A stretch of DNA of 64,000 nt. It comes from an uncultured Actinomycetota bacterium (GTDB lineage: Bacteria; Actinomycetota; Acidimicrobiia; Acidimicrobiales; Palsa-688). Position 1 is the first letter of the stretch; each line of letters starts with the position of its first letter. Location of the stretch: the NCBI GenBank assembly GCA_963851105.1, contig CAWKNP010000012.1:9444-73443 (forward strand), in the 5' to 3' direction. The notes under the pieces are model-generated. The model searched no databases, had not been told where the DNA came from, and saw only the letters and a program-made list of their open reading frames with translations. The translations under genes and the position numbers were made by a program. Shown piece after piece: positions 1 through 8,502 of this stretch.

Positions 1-1
1 C

Positions 2-991
2 CGCCGGTCGCTCCTGCTACTCAACCTGGAACATCAGGTCCAGATCGACGAACTCCCATGGGTGAAGGCCGTCGAACCCTTCCGTCAGCGCCGTGCGGAC
101 TCAGGCGTCAAGGCCCACGACACGCTGCGCCATGCGTGCCTGCTCGCCCTCAGCTCCTTCCCCCAAACGATTCTCCCGAACCCGCTGGTCCGCGAACTGA
201 CGGCGCTCGCGAAGCAAGCAGAGGTCGAAATCCCCTTCGTCGAGGAGGTCGCCGCCGACATCTTCATGGGTAGCTTTACGCTCAAGTGGAGAAAGGCCGC
301 CGCAGTCGCCGCAGACGTCATGGCGGGAAGCCTCTACGCCCGCTACTTCGACCTGCCCCCGGCCACAGCGTGGCCGGCTATCGACGAGCGAACATCATGG
401 GTCACGGAACGGGTGAAGACCCGCTGGGGCAAGAAGACCGCCGTCGACTTCACCCAGGTCTGCAACGAACGCGCAGGTGAGGCAGCTCTCGGCGACGGCA
501 ACTTCGTCGCTCGCAACGGCACCGTGATCGAGCAGAGCCAGATCCTCACTACCCACAACCTCGCGCCTCTTGTGGACCGCCTGGCCCTCACCAGCCGCGT
601 GTCGGACTCAGGAGCCGGGTGGGCCACCGCAGCGTTCGGCTGGATCGTCAAGGAGCAGACCACCCGCTACGACTCCTGGCGTTCGCAGCTCCAGATGCTC
701 AAGAACACCGCCTACGCCTTCCGCCAGGCCCTCTTCTTCCTCTCCTTCGTCGACACCAACACCCAACGCCAGGCCATCGACGGGCTGAGGTCCCGCGCTG
801 GGTCGGAGTCTGACGAGTGGCGTGCGCGGTTCGCAGCGGTCATCGACGGGCTCGACGCTGTCCTCGACGGAGGTCAGTTCGACACCACCGGCCACGCGGG
901 CGCGACAGGGCGCCGTTTCCTCGGCTGGTCGGTTGGCCGCCACTGGCTCCTCCCGCCCGCCGAAGACGCTCGAGCTGGAGCCCGCATATGA
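2..991 (+). CDS. hypothetical protein (5' partial; frame is open to the window start)
   Basis: Long ORF in the frame starting at position 2, with no stop before the window edge. Its stop overlaps the next gene's ATG (ATGA at 988-991). No recognisable catalytic motif. Confidence 0.5.
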   Translation, partial: RRSLLLLNLEHQVQIDELPWVKAVEPFRQRRADSGVKAHDTLRHACLLALSSFPQTILPNPLVRELTALAKQAEVEIPFVEEVAADIFMGSFTLKWRKAAAVAADVMAGSLYARYFDLPPATAWPAIDERTSWVTERVKTRWGKKTAVDFTQVCNERAGEAALGDGNFVARNGTVIEQSQILTTHNLAPLVDRLALTSRVSDSGAGWATAAFGWIVKEQTTRYDSWRSQLQMLKNTAYAFRQALFFLSFVDTNTQRQAIDGLRSRAGSESDEWRARFAAVIDGLDAVLDGGQFDTTGHAGATGRRFLGWSVGRHWLLPPAEDARAGARI

Positions 992-1923
992 GCACGCGCT
1001 CACGCGACATCTTCGAGGTTCTCGCAGATTGTTGCGACCGCCAGCCAAAACTATTCCTCGACTGTCCTCCCGACCGGCTGGACCGTGAGGCACAACTTGA
1101 TTCCTCGCGACCGTTCGCGGTCGAAGCCCGAGAGTGGATGCGCGAGAACGGGGACGAGGACCCCGCTGGATGGCTGGGACGAATCGTCGTCAGCTATCTG
1201 GCGGAGGCGTCTCATCAGCTGACGGTGTTGGCGCTGCTCCTGAAGAACAGGGCGGTCCACGCGACGCTCGACCCCCTGATCCGCGCCGTTCTCGAACGGT
1301 GTGGGCGTGTCTGCTGGATCCTTGATCCTGAAGCGACCGCTTCGCAGCGCTCCGCTCGGACCCAGTTGGAACTCGGTGTCTGTGCGCACCACTACGCAGA
1401 GGCCCTGTCTCTCGTCGATGCTGCCGAGGAGACTCGGACGGAGCTTCGGCATTGGCGTGGACAACACCGAACCCGCGTCCACGCCCGATACACGGTCGAT
1501 ACCAATGGCGAGAAGAAAGACCTGTCGGCGTGGAGCGTGAACGGCGAGACCTACCCCAACTACACCGGGGCCGTGGCGTATGCGCTCGATCGGCACCCGC
1601 AATCGCCGGCCGTATACGCCGGTCTCAGCGGCTTTTCGCACCCCAACGTATTCTTCGCTCAAGAGCGCCAAGGGCAGACCGTGGTCGCGCGGAACGTCAT
1701 GGTCATGCAAATGGATGCGATCGAACGCAACTTACGGATCGCCCTGGTCTCGCACCTCGCGGCCGTCAAGAGATGGGCTACGTACTACCTAGACCAGGAT
1801 TTGGCAGACGCGGTGGTCGCGGAGGGCGACCGACTGGCCGATAAGCTCGACGAGGCATCCGTCCTTCCGGATGTGCCGACCCCTTGCAGCCCGCCAACGT
1901 CGCCTTCGTACGAGCCGTCATAG
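988..1923 (+). CDS. hypothetical protein, translationally coupled to the upstream gene
   Basis: Track ORF 817..1923. The Arg-rich N-terminal extension looks like a spurious high-GC frame. ATG at 988 (MSTRSRDIFEV...) overlaps the upstream stop. No recognised domain. Confidence 0.5.
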   Translation: MSTRSRDIFEVLADCCDRQPKLFLDCPPDRLDREAQLDSSRPFAVEAREWMRENGDEDPAGWLGRIVVSYLAEASHQLTVLALLLKNRAVHATLDPLIRAVLERCGRVCWILDPEATASQRSARTQLELGVCAHHYAEALSLVDAAEETRTELRHWRGQHRTRVHARYTVDTNGEKKDLSAWSVNGETYPNYTGAVAYALDRHPQSPAVYAGLSGFSHPNVFFAQERQGQTVVARNVMVMQMDAIERNLRIALVSHLAAVKRWATYYLDQDLADAVVAEGDRLADKLDEASVLPDVPTPCSPPTSPSYEPS

Positions 1924-2190
1924 CAGCGGTGGCGCCAGGACCCAGGAGGAGATCGAGGTGAAGCGGTGACGAACGGTTTGATTCCCCGCGCAGAGGTCGT
2001 CCTACTCGCTGACAAGAACACGCCGACACCAAATTCGCTGCGCAACGCACGATGCGCTTGAGCAAGAAGGCTATGTCCCGCCACCGTAGCGATATCACGG
2101 ATGGTCCCAGGCGCGGAAAACTCGCTGCTCACGGGAACAGGTCGGTGTCGTTCCCTCCGATAGCGTAGTTTCGCGAATTGCCGATCGTCG

Positions 2191-3141
2191 TTAATCGGTG
2201 CGGGTTACCCTTTCTGTTAGCTCCTCAGCTCGTGTTGCTGCGCTCGGCTCTACATCGTGTGGGATGGGCGGAGGCGGGGCTGTCCTAAGGCCGTGGAGCT
2301 CGGTGCAAGCCCGGTACAGGACACGCTCGAGTTCGTACGCTGTCGGGATTCCAGCGTGGCGGCGATACGTGGTGAACGATCCCGGCGCCGGCGCGTAGCA
2401 GTAGAGGCCCACTGCGTCGACCACCTGGGCCGCGGTCTCAGCCCATCGGACGACGGCTGCGAAGTCGGTGTCGCCGAGTACGCGCACGCCCATGAAGAAG
2501 TAGATGCGGGGACGGCTTCCGTGAAGCCAGGTGGACAGATCACCGCCGCCAGCTCCACCGGCAGTCGGTGCCATGCCGACCATGGTGAGCCGCCGGGCGG
2601 CTTCGCCCTTCAGGTCGATCGACTTGAAGGCCAGCTCCTTGACCCGCTTGTTCGTGTCCGCCGACCCCGCCCTTCCCGCCGCCTTCTCTCCGGGGCTATT
2701 GGCATGCTTCGGAGTGCCCATCATCTTCGCCTCGAGGAGAAACTCGATCTCACGAGTCTCGTCGCCTGGATACACGCCATCGAGGTTGTGCTCCGGGATG
2801 ATCAGACCTGGAACACGACGGCGGACGTACAGCCTTTCGATGCCCGAACAGGTCTCCAGAAGATCGGCGAGGACGTTGTTGAACCAGTCGCCCTTGCCGT
2901 TCTGGATAGCCGCACTGAGCTCCTTGCTCTGCCGCTTCTTATCCTCCTCGTTCCCTTCAAGCACGGCCGGAAGTCCACTGTCGAACAGCGACATCGCTGC
3001 CAAGAAATCCGCCTCGACCTGATTCCAACTCGTCGCTTTGCTGACGGTCAGCCGGTCGTACATCGAAAGAAGCGGCCTGCAATAGGGATTCGACAGAAGG
3101 ACTGCCTTCGGCCTTCGGGGCGCGACCGGAGGTGGCGTCAA
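2191..3141 (-). CDS. putative Type II restriction endonuclease (PD-(D/E)xK-like)
   Basis: 316-aa ORF 19 bp downstream of the methyltransferase on the same strand. Contains 'GD...ETREIEFLLEAK' spacing consistent with a PD-(D/E)xK core. Function is inferred mainly from position. Start could alternatively be M27 (3063). Confidence 0.45.
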   Translation of the reverse strand: MTPPPVAPRRPKAVLLSNPYCRPLLSMYDRLTVSKATSWNQVEADFLAAMSLFDSGLPAVLEGNEEDKKRQSKELSAAIQNGKGDWFNNVLADLLETCSGIERLYVRRRVPGLIIPEHNLDGVYPGDETREIEFLLEAKMMGTPKHANSPGEKAAGRAGSADTNKRVKELAFKSIDLKGEAARRLTMVGMAPTAGGAGGGDLSTWLHGSRPRIYFFMGVRVLGDTDFAAVVRWAETAAQVVDAVGLYCYAPAPGSFTTYRRHAGIPTAYELERVLYRACTELHGLRTAPPPPIPHDVEPSAATRAEELTERVTRTD

Positions 3142-3159
3142 CGAAGCCTCAATCGCACG

Positions 3160-4863
3160 TCACCGAAGTCGTTCAAGGTCCCGGATGCCGTAGAGCTTCC
3201 GAGCAGTAGCCGTGGCCGCTTCGACGTCCCGAGCCGAGAAGGCCGATGCCAGCGCTCGTCGATCGGACAGAGATATCGACTCGGGTACAGGGACACGGAT
3301 ACGCCGTACATACTGGGCCTGGAACCTGTAGCAGCCGCCCCGCATCTTCACGCAGTAGGCCCCGACGAAGAGGTTCGCGACATCGGACAGCAATAGGCCA
3401 CCGAGCACGTCGAGATCCCACTGATCGCTCACGACGAAGTAGAGATTGTGGTGCGGGTAGAACCGGCCATCATCGAGGACCGGGTGGGAGGCGGCCTTGA
3501 TGTCCGGCAGAACGAGCTTTGGCCGGCTCTGCAGTTCGGCATGTACGCGGTCGATGGTGCGGTACCACTGCCCAGGATTCTTCCGGGCCGTGTGCCGGCC
3601 CCGGAGCCGAGTGGCGTCGGTGGTCAGGTAGTCCCGAAGTCGTGGGTACCGGGCGAGGTCGACGAGCCCGGCGTCGTCCCACGGGTTCACCAGGTAGCCA
3701 CCTGACCAGGACGCATGGCCGTCGGTGATGTCGGTGGCCTGCAGAAGTGGAAGGAGGCGGTCACTCTCGACCAACTCTGGGTCCTTCGTGATGTATACGT
3801 CGTCGCACCCGGTCGCCACGCCGATACCCACTCTTGTGCCCGTGCGCGGATCCTCAAGCGGCGGGAACTTCGCCTCCAGTTCGGCGACGAGGGCGAGCTG
3901 GGCTGGACTGCCCGTCGGCCAGAGGTCACGACCGTCGAACCACGAATCAAGCCGTGACGCCTCGACGCTCGGCGTTGACAGCGCCAGGCGCCGCGGGCGG
4001 CGGACCCACCGGGACAACTTGTTGGCGTCCGGCTCACCGAATGCAGCCTTCGCGTCCGCCACGACCGCTCGCCGTTGCGGTCCATTGCGCAACACGACGA
4101 CGGCGGGGTAGGCCGACACGTCGTCCTCGAAGGCGTCCACGTCGTGCATGGTGAGCACCGTGTCGACCGCGAACGAGGCGGCGACTAGCGACCGCAGATC
4201 GGCGCCGTACTGGTTGCGCATCCATCGGTCGGCGCAGATGTAGCCGAGCCTTCCCTCAGAGGCGAGCAGCTCCAAGCCGAGTTCGATGAAGCCGACATAG
4301 ATATCGCTCCTCCCCCGCATCGTCGTGCACCGGCGCCGGTAAGCGTCCATGACCTCAGGGTCGACGTTCTCCAACCGGATGTAGGGCGGGTTACCGACGA
4401 CATAGTGCGCTGAGCCGGACTCATGGTGGGCCAGCAAGAAGTCGTCGGTCGTCACCCAGGCTGACGCGATGTCCACAGCTGAGACGTGGTCGAGCCCGGC
4501 ATCCTCTAGACGCTCGGAAGCGGCCTTCCGGGCCCGCTCGGCGTTGGCGTCGAGCAGGTCGAAGGCCCGGATGGCTCCTTCGAGCGAGCGGAGCCCTCGT
4601 CCGTGTCGGCGGCACGACGCGATCAGACGATCGATCGCCGGGATTAGGAACGCGCCCATCCCGCATGACGGCTCGACCAGTCGCCGGGCTGCGAGATCCT
4701 GGTCCTCGGTGTACCCGACCAGATCGAGGATCAGTTCGACGATCCAGCGACGGGTGAACACCTCGCCGTAGTCCGAGCCCGGATCTCGGGTGAGTTCAGT
4801 GAGCGTCACCGGGCGGACCTCGATAAGTGACAGTTGACGTGGGGAAACCATGGCGACGACCAC
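3160..4863 (-). CDS. N6-adenine DNA methyltransferase, gamma class (Eco57I/TaqI-like)
   Basis: Motif I 'EPSCGMGAFL' precedes motif IV 'VGNPPYIRLE' (NPPY). 567 aa, with a C-terminal region the right size for a target-recognition domain. Confidence 0.85.
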   Translation of the reverse strand: MVVAMVSPRQLSLIEVRPVTLTELTRDPGSDYGEVFTRRWIVELILDLVGYTEDQDLAARRLVEPSCGMGAFLIPAIDRLIASCRRHGRGLRSLEGAIRAFDLLDANAERARKAASERLEDAGLDHVSAVDIASAWVTTDDFLLAHHESGSAHYVVGNPPYIRLENVDPEVMDAYRRRCTTMRGRSDIYVGFIELGLELLASEGRLGYICADRWMRNQYGADLRSLVAASFAVDTVLTMHDVDAFEDDVSAYPAVVVLRNGPQRRAVVADAKAAFGEPDANKLSRWVRRPRRLALSTPSVEASRLDSWFDGRDLWPTGSPAQLALVAELEAKFPPLEDPRTGTRVGIGVATGCDDVYITKDPELVESDRLLPLLQATDITDGHASWSGGYLVNPWDDAGLVDLARYPRLRDYLTTDATRLRGRHTARKNPGQWYRTIDRVHAELQSRPKLVLPDIKAASHPVLDDGRFYPHHNLYFVVSDQWDLDVLGGLLLSDVANLFVGAYCVKMRGGCYRFQAQYVRRIRVPVPESISLSDRRALASAFSARDVEAATATARKLYGIRDLERLR

Positions 4864-5238
4864 CTACGAACGTCAGTTCGATTATAGGGCGTTCGTCGTC
4901 GATGCGGGTGGATCATCGGTCTCACGGGCACCATAACTGCCTGGTGGCCGGTGGGCCGGGGATCAGCGCGTCTTCGGCAGACGCCGGTGAAATTGTTGGA
5001 GCGGCGTAGTCAGGCTGCTGTTCGAGAGCCAGGCGGGTCCTGATTCGGCCCGTCCAGTGCCAAGTATGCCGAGGCGGTGTGACACCTCACAGACACAGAG
5101 GGTTGCAGTGAATGGCCGAAGGTCAGAGTGGACAAACGGCGAGTGAGGGGAGGCATCCGCAAGTCGGGCGTCTCGGCAGCTGCTGTTGGTCGTGTCGGGT
5201 GACGTGACGTTGGGCTCGTGGTCGCCGATGGTGATCGT

Positions 5239-5615
<377 letters not shown>

Positions 5616-5842
5616 AAATCGATGGGGGGTGGACGGCGAGCAAGCTTGGGGTCGGTCGTGGAGGGGAAGTTCGCGACAGCACATTTGCAGCTCACGCGAA
5701 ACGTGTGCTGCTAGGACACGTCGTGCCATGAACAATCATTCAGTAGCAAGTGCACCTATGTAGTGCCCGCTCCAATGTCACCGCAAATGTCACCACCGCA
5801 GCTCAGGCCCCTTTTTCGAGCGACTTTGCTGCACTCATCGAC

Positions 5843-6206
5843 GCGGCTCAGGGGCGGTCGAAGCGGCGTTGGTCCGTGGAGAGGGCGGCGACCGCCGGGC
5901 GAAATCCTTGAAATTGCTGTTTCCGTTTTGGCCCATCCGGCGCCCGCTTGTAAATGACAAGAACTATCCGGAGGTGCCCTGTGCCACCCAATCCCGTCCC
6001 CGAACACACCTGGCTCACGATCGACGAGCTGGCCGGACTGCTCCACATCACTGAGCGCCACGTTCGCCGTCTCGTTGCCGAGGATCGCATCCCGTACACG
6101 AAGGTCGGCGGCCGGCTCCGATTCAACTTGGCCCGCGTCCAGGTCTGGCTCGACCGGAATAGCCACGATCCCGAGCAGGGCGTCTGGCGTGGAAGACCGG
6201 CTTGAG
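5843..6206. repeat. Direct repeat copy 1 (xis module, ~360 bp); second copy at 11471-11806
   Basis: About 85-90% nucleotide identity between 5910-6206 and 11511-11806, including promoter/RBS and coding region. Both units end in CCGGCTTGAG and begin with CGGCT(C/T)(A/G)G. Confidence 0.85.
5981..6205 (+). CDS. xis: excisionase / MerR-like helix-turn-helix DNA-binding protein (Xis family)
   Basis: 'LTIDELAGLLHITERHVRRLVAEDRIPYTKVGGRLRF' is a typical excisionase HTH. GTG start 6 nt after GGAGG. Located 313 bp upstream of the integrase. Confidence 0.7.
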   Translation: MPPNPVPEHTWLTIDELAGLLHITERHVRRLVAEDRIPYTKVGGRLRFNLARVQVWLDRNSHDPEQGVWRGRPA

Positions 6207-6517
6207 CCGCTGCGCCTCTTCGACCTCGACCTTCCTCGGCCGGTCAAGTCTCAAATCGAGACACCGAGATGCCCGTCCCAAATCGAGACGCCACCGCCAC
6301 TGTCTGAGATTGAGACGGACGATCCCGAGGTCGAAGACTCGACCAGCCAGCTGCGGATGGTGGCCGAAGTCGCCACAATGGTGGTGAACGCGCACGACCG
6401 ACTCGAGGCTGCGATCAAGGCAGCCCGGAGGGCCGGCTTCAGTTGGCGTGAGATCGGGATCGCTGCAGGCGACCCCCACCAGACCCTTCATCGCCGGCAC
6501 CGGCAAGGAGGAAGAGT

Positions 6518-7660
6518 ATGACTTCACGTCGTCGATTCGGTCGGATCCGAAGGCTGCCATCAGGACGATGGCAGGCCCGCTATCCAGATGGGTCTGGCGA
6601 TGATGTGCCGGCGCCGGAGACGTTCGCCTCGAAGGGGGACGCGGCCCGATGGCTCGTCATGGTCGAGGCCGACATGGCTCGCGGCCAGTACGTCGATCCT
6701 CGGGCGGGGCGGATCACGTTCGGCGAGTGGGCCAAGGAGTGGCTCGGTCGTCCCGGCAAGCGGGCCAACTCGATCGCTCGGGATCGCCAAGGCCTCGACG
6801 CGTTCACGCCGCACCTCGGCTTCCGCCCATTGGCTTCCATCACCCCCATGCACGTCCAGGCTGCCGTCGACGAGCGTGGCCGCCACTGCTCCCCGGCGAC
6901 CCTCGCTCGCGACGTCGCCGCCGTCCGAGCCGTCTTCAACGCCGCGGTAGACGCAGACCTGATCGCACGGTCGCCTGCAAGGAAGGTCGCCCTCCCGAAG
7001 GTTCGGCCTCCGGAGCGGACGCCGCTGACCGCCGAGGAGCTTCTCCGCCTGGCCGACGCAATCGTCGGCCGGTACCGGGCGCTGGTGCTCGTTGGAGGCG
7101 TCCTGGGGCTTCGATGGGGCGAGGCGATCGCGCTCAGGCTCTGCGACGCCGACTTCATGCGCCGGACCGTCAGAGTCGCCCAGACGGTCGAGGAAGTCGC
7201 CGGCCAGGTCCAGGTGGTCCCTGGCCAGGCGAAGACCGCCGGCAGTCTGAGGACGATCACGGCGCCACCGTTCCTAATCGACGAGCTGGCTCGTCATCTC
7301 GCCGCGTACAGGTCGGGCGCCGACCGAGGGGAACTGGTCTTCGTCGGACCGAGAGGAGGCATCCTCCGGCGCCGCTTCGGAGAGCGAACGTTCCGGCCTG
7401 CGGTGCAACGAGCCGGGCTCGACCCGTCGCTCACCTTCCAGGCACTCCGCCATGTCGCCATGACGGCCCTGGTCGATGAGAACGTGCATCCGAGAGTGAT
7501 GCAGGGCCGGGCCGGGCACGCCAGTTCCCGGCTGACGATGGAGCTCTACTCCCGCGTCAGCGACGGTGCCGACCGGGAGGCCGCGATGGCCCTTGAGAAC
7601 CGGTTCCGACCGGCATTGTCCGATGGGAACGGGCACGGAACGGGCACGGAGCCCTCCTGA
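6518..7660 (+). CDS. int: tyrosine-type site-specific integrase (phage integrase family)
   Basis: N-terminal 'RLPSGRWQARY' AP2-like DNA-binding motif. C-terminal 'LRHVAMTAL...GHASSRLTMELYSRV' gives the R...HxxR...Y catalytic pattern. Confidence 0.9.
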   Translation: MTSRRRFGRIRRLPSGRWQARYPDGSGDDVPAPETFASKGDAARWLVMVEADMARGQYVDPRAGRITFGEWAKEWLGRPGKRANSIARDRQGLDAFTPHLGFRPLASITPMHVQAAVDERGRHCSPATLARDVAAVRAVFNAAVDADLIARSPARKVALPKVRPPERTPLTAEELLRLADAIVGRYRALVLVGGVLGLRWGEAIALRLCDADFMRRTVRVAQTVEEVAGQVQVVPGQAKTAGSLRTITAPPFLIDELARHLAAYRSGADRGELVFVGPRGGILRRRFGERTFRPAVQRAGLDPSLTFQALRHVAMTALVDENVHPRVMQGRAGHASSRLTMELYSRVSDGADREAAMALENRFRPALSDGNGHGTGTEPS

Positions 7661-7711
7661 GGGACGTCGTTCGACCGTAAAACAGCAGGTCAGCGGGCAT
7701 GCACGCCTCCA

Positions 7712-7762
7712 AGACAACAGCACTGATAATGCTGAGGTCGATGGTTCGAGTCCATCTAGCCC
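7712..7762 (+). other. tRNA 3' fragment (anticodon arm with GAT anticodon + T-arm + acceptor 3' strand), Ile-like; probable att site remnant
   Basis: CAGCA-CTGATAA-TGCTG anticodon stem-loop. GATGG-TTCGAGT-CCATC T-arm. TAGCCCC acceptor strand followed by discriminator A. No matching 5' acceptor or D-arm upstream. Confidence 0.5.
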
Positions 7763-7848
7763 CACTGCCTGGACCGGTAAAAGCGCTGGTCAGGGCGGGT
7801 GCGGGGCGTAACCGGGAGTTACCGGTAGTCGGTTCGTTGGTCTTGCTT

Positions 7849-8502
7849 CTAGGTGCCGAGTCCCTGGTCGCGGGCTCGGCGGATGGCTTCGGTGCGATCG
7901 TCGACGCCGAGTTTGGTGAAGATGTTGCTGACGTGGTTGCGGACGGTCTTGGGCCGGATGCCAAGCCTGCGGGCGATAACGGGGTTGGGTTCGCCTCGGG
8001 CCATGAGGTCGAGGATTTCTCGTTCGCGTTCGGTCATGTGGGCAAACGCCCGTGGGGTCCCGCCGGTTTTGGTGCTGAGCAGGGCAGGTAGCCGGGCGGC
8101 CATCTGACCAGTGAAGACGGCTTCGCCTTCGAGGACGGTTTGGATTGCGTGGAGGAGTTCGGAGGGCTGGGATCCTTTGAGGATGTAACCGCGGGCACCG
8201 GCTTGGAGGGCGTCGACAAGTGAGGCGTCGTCGTCGGCCATGGTGAGCATCAAGATGGCGGGAGCGGGTTGGTGCCTCATGATCTCTCTGGTGGCGGCGA
8301 CGCCGTCCATCTCGGGCAGGTAGAGGTCCATGACGATGACGTCGGGTTGCGTGTCGGCCGCGATGCTCACTGCTTGGCGTCCGTCGCCGGCCTCTCCGAC
8401 GACATCGAAGCCGGGTGTGGATTGGAGCAAGGCTCGTAGACCGGATCGGACGACGGGATGGTCGTCGACGATGAGCACCCGGACGGGATACTCAGGTGTC
8501 AT
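7849..8502 (-). CDS. NarL/LuxR-family response regulator
   Basis: Receiver domain 'VRVLIVDDHPVVRSGL...VIVMDLYLPEMDG' plus C-terminal LuxR HTH 'LTEREREILDLMARGEPNPVIARRLGIRPKTVRNHVSNIFTKLGV'. Start ATG overlaps the kinase stop (ATGACACCTGA). Confidence 0.9.
   Translation of the reverse strand: MTPEYPVRVLIVDDHPVVRSGLRALLQSTPGFDVVGEAGDGRQAVSIAADTQPDVIVMDLYLPEMDGVAATREIMRHQPAPAILMLTMADDDASLVDALQAGARGYILKGSQPSELLHAIQTVLEGEAVFTGQMAARLPALLSTKTGGTPRAFAHMTEREREILDLMARGEPNPVIARRLGIRPKTVRNHVSNIFTKLGVDDRTEAIRRARDQGLGT

Noticed and set aside
817-987. Arg-rich N-terminal extensions of track ORFs (817..1923; also 20895..21131 and 23951..24016)
   Set aside because: They overlap upstream genes in another frame and have biased composition typical of spurious high-GC frames. 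Internal ATG or GTG codons with stop/start overlap give sensible gene boundaries.
5756-6247. Minus-strand ORFs overlapping both xis copies (5756..6247 and 11365..11853), which look conserved because they occur twice
   Set aside because: Their duplication follows from the DNA direct repeat. They are antisense to a clear HTH protein and lack motifs.
7690-7765. Complete tRNA-Ile at 7.7 kb
   Set aside because: The 5' acceptor strand (expected GGGGCTA) and a D-arm are absent, so only the 3' ~50 nt are tRNA-like.
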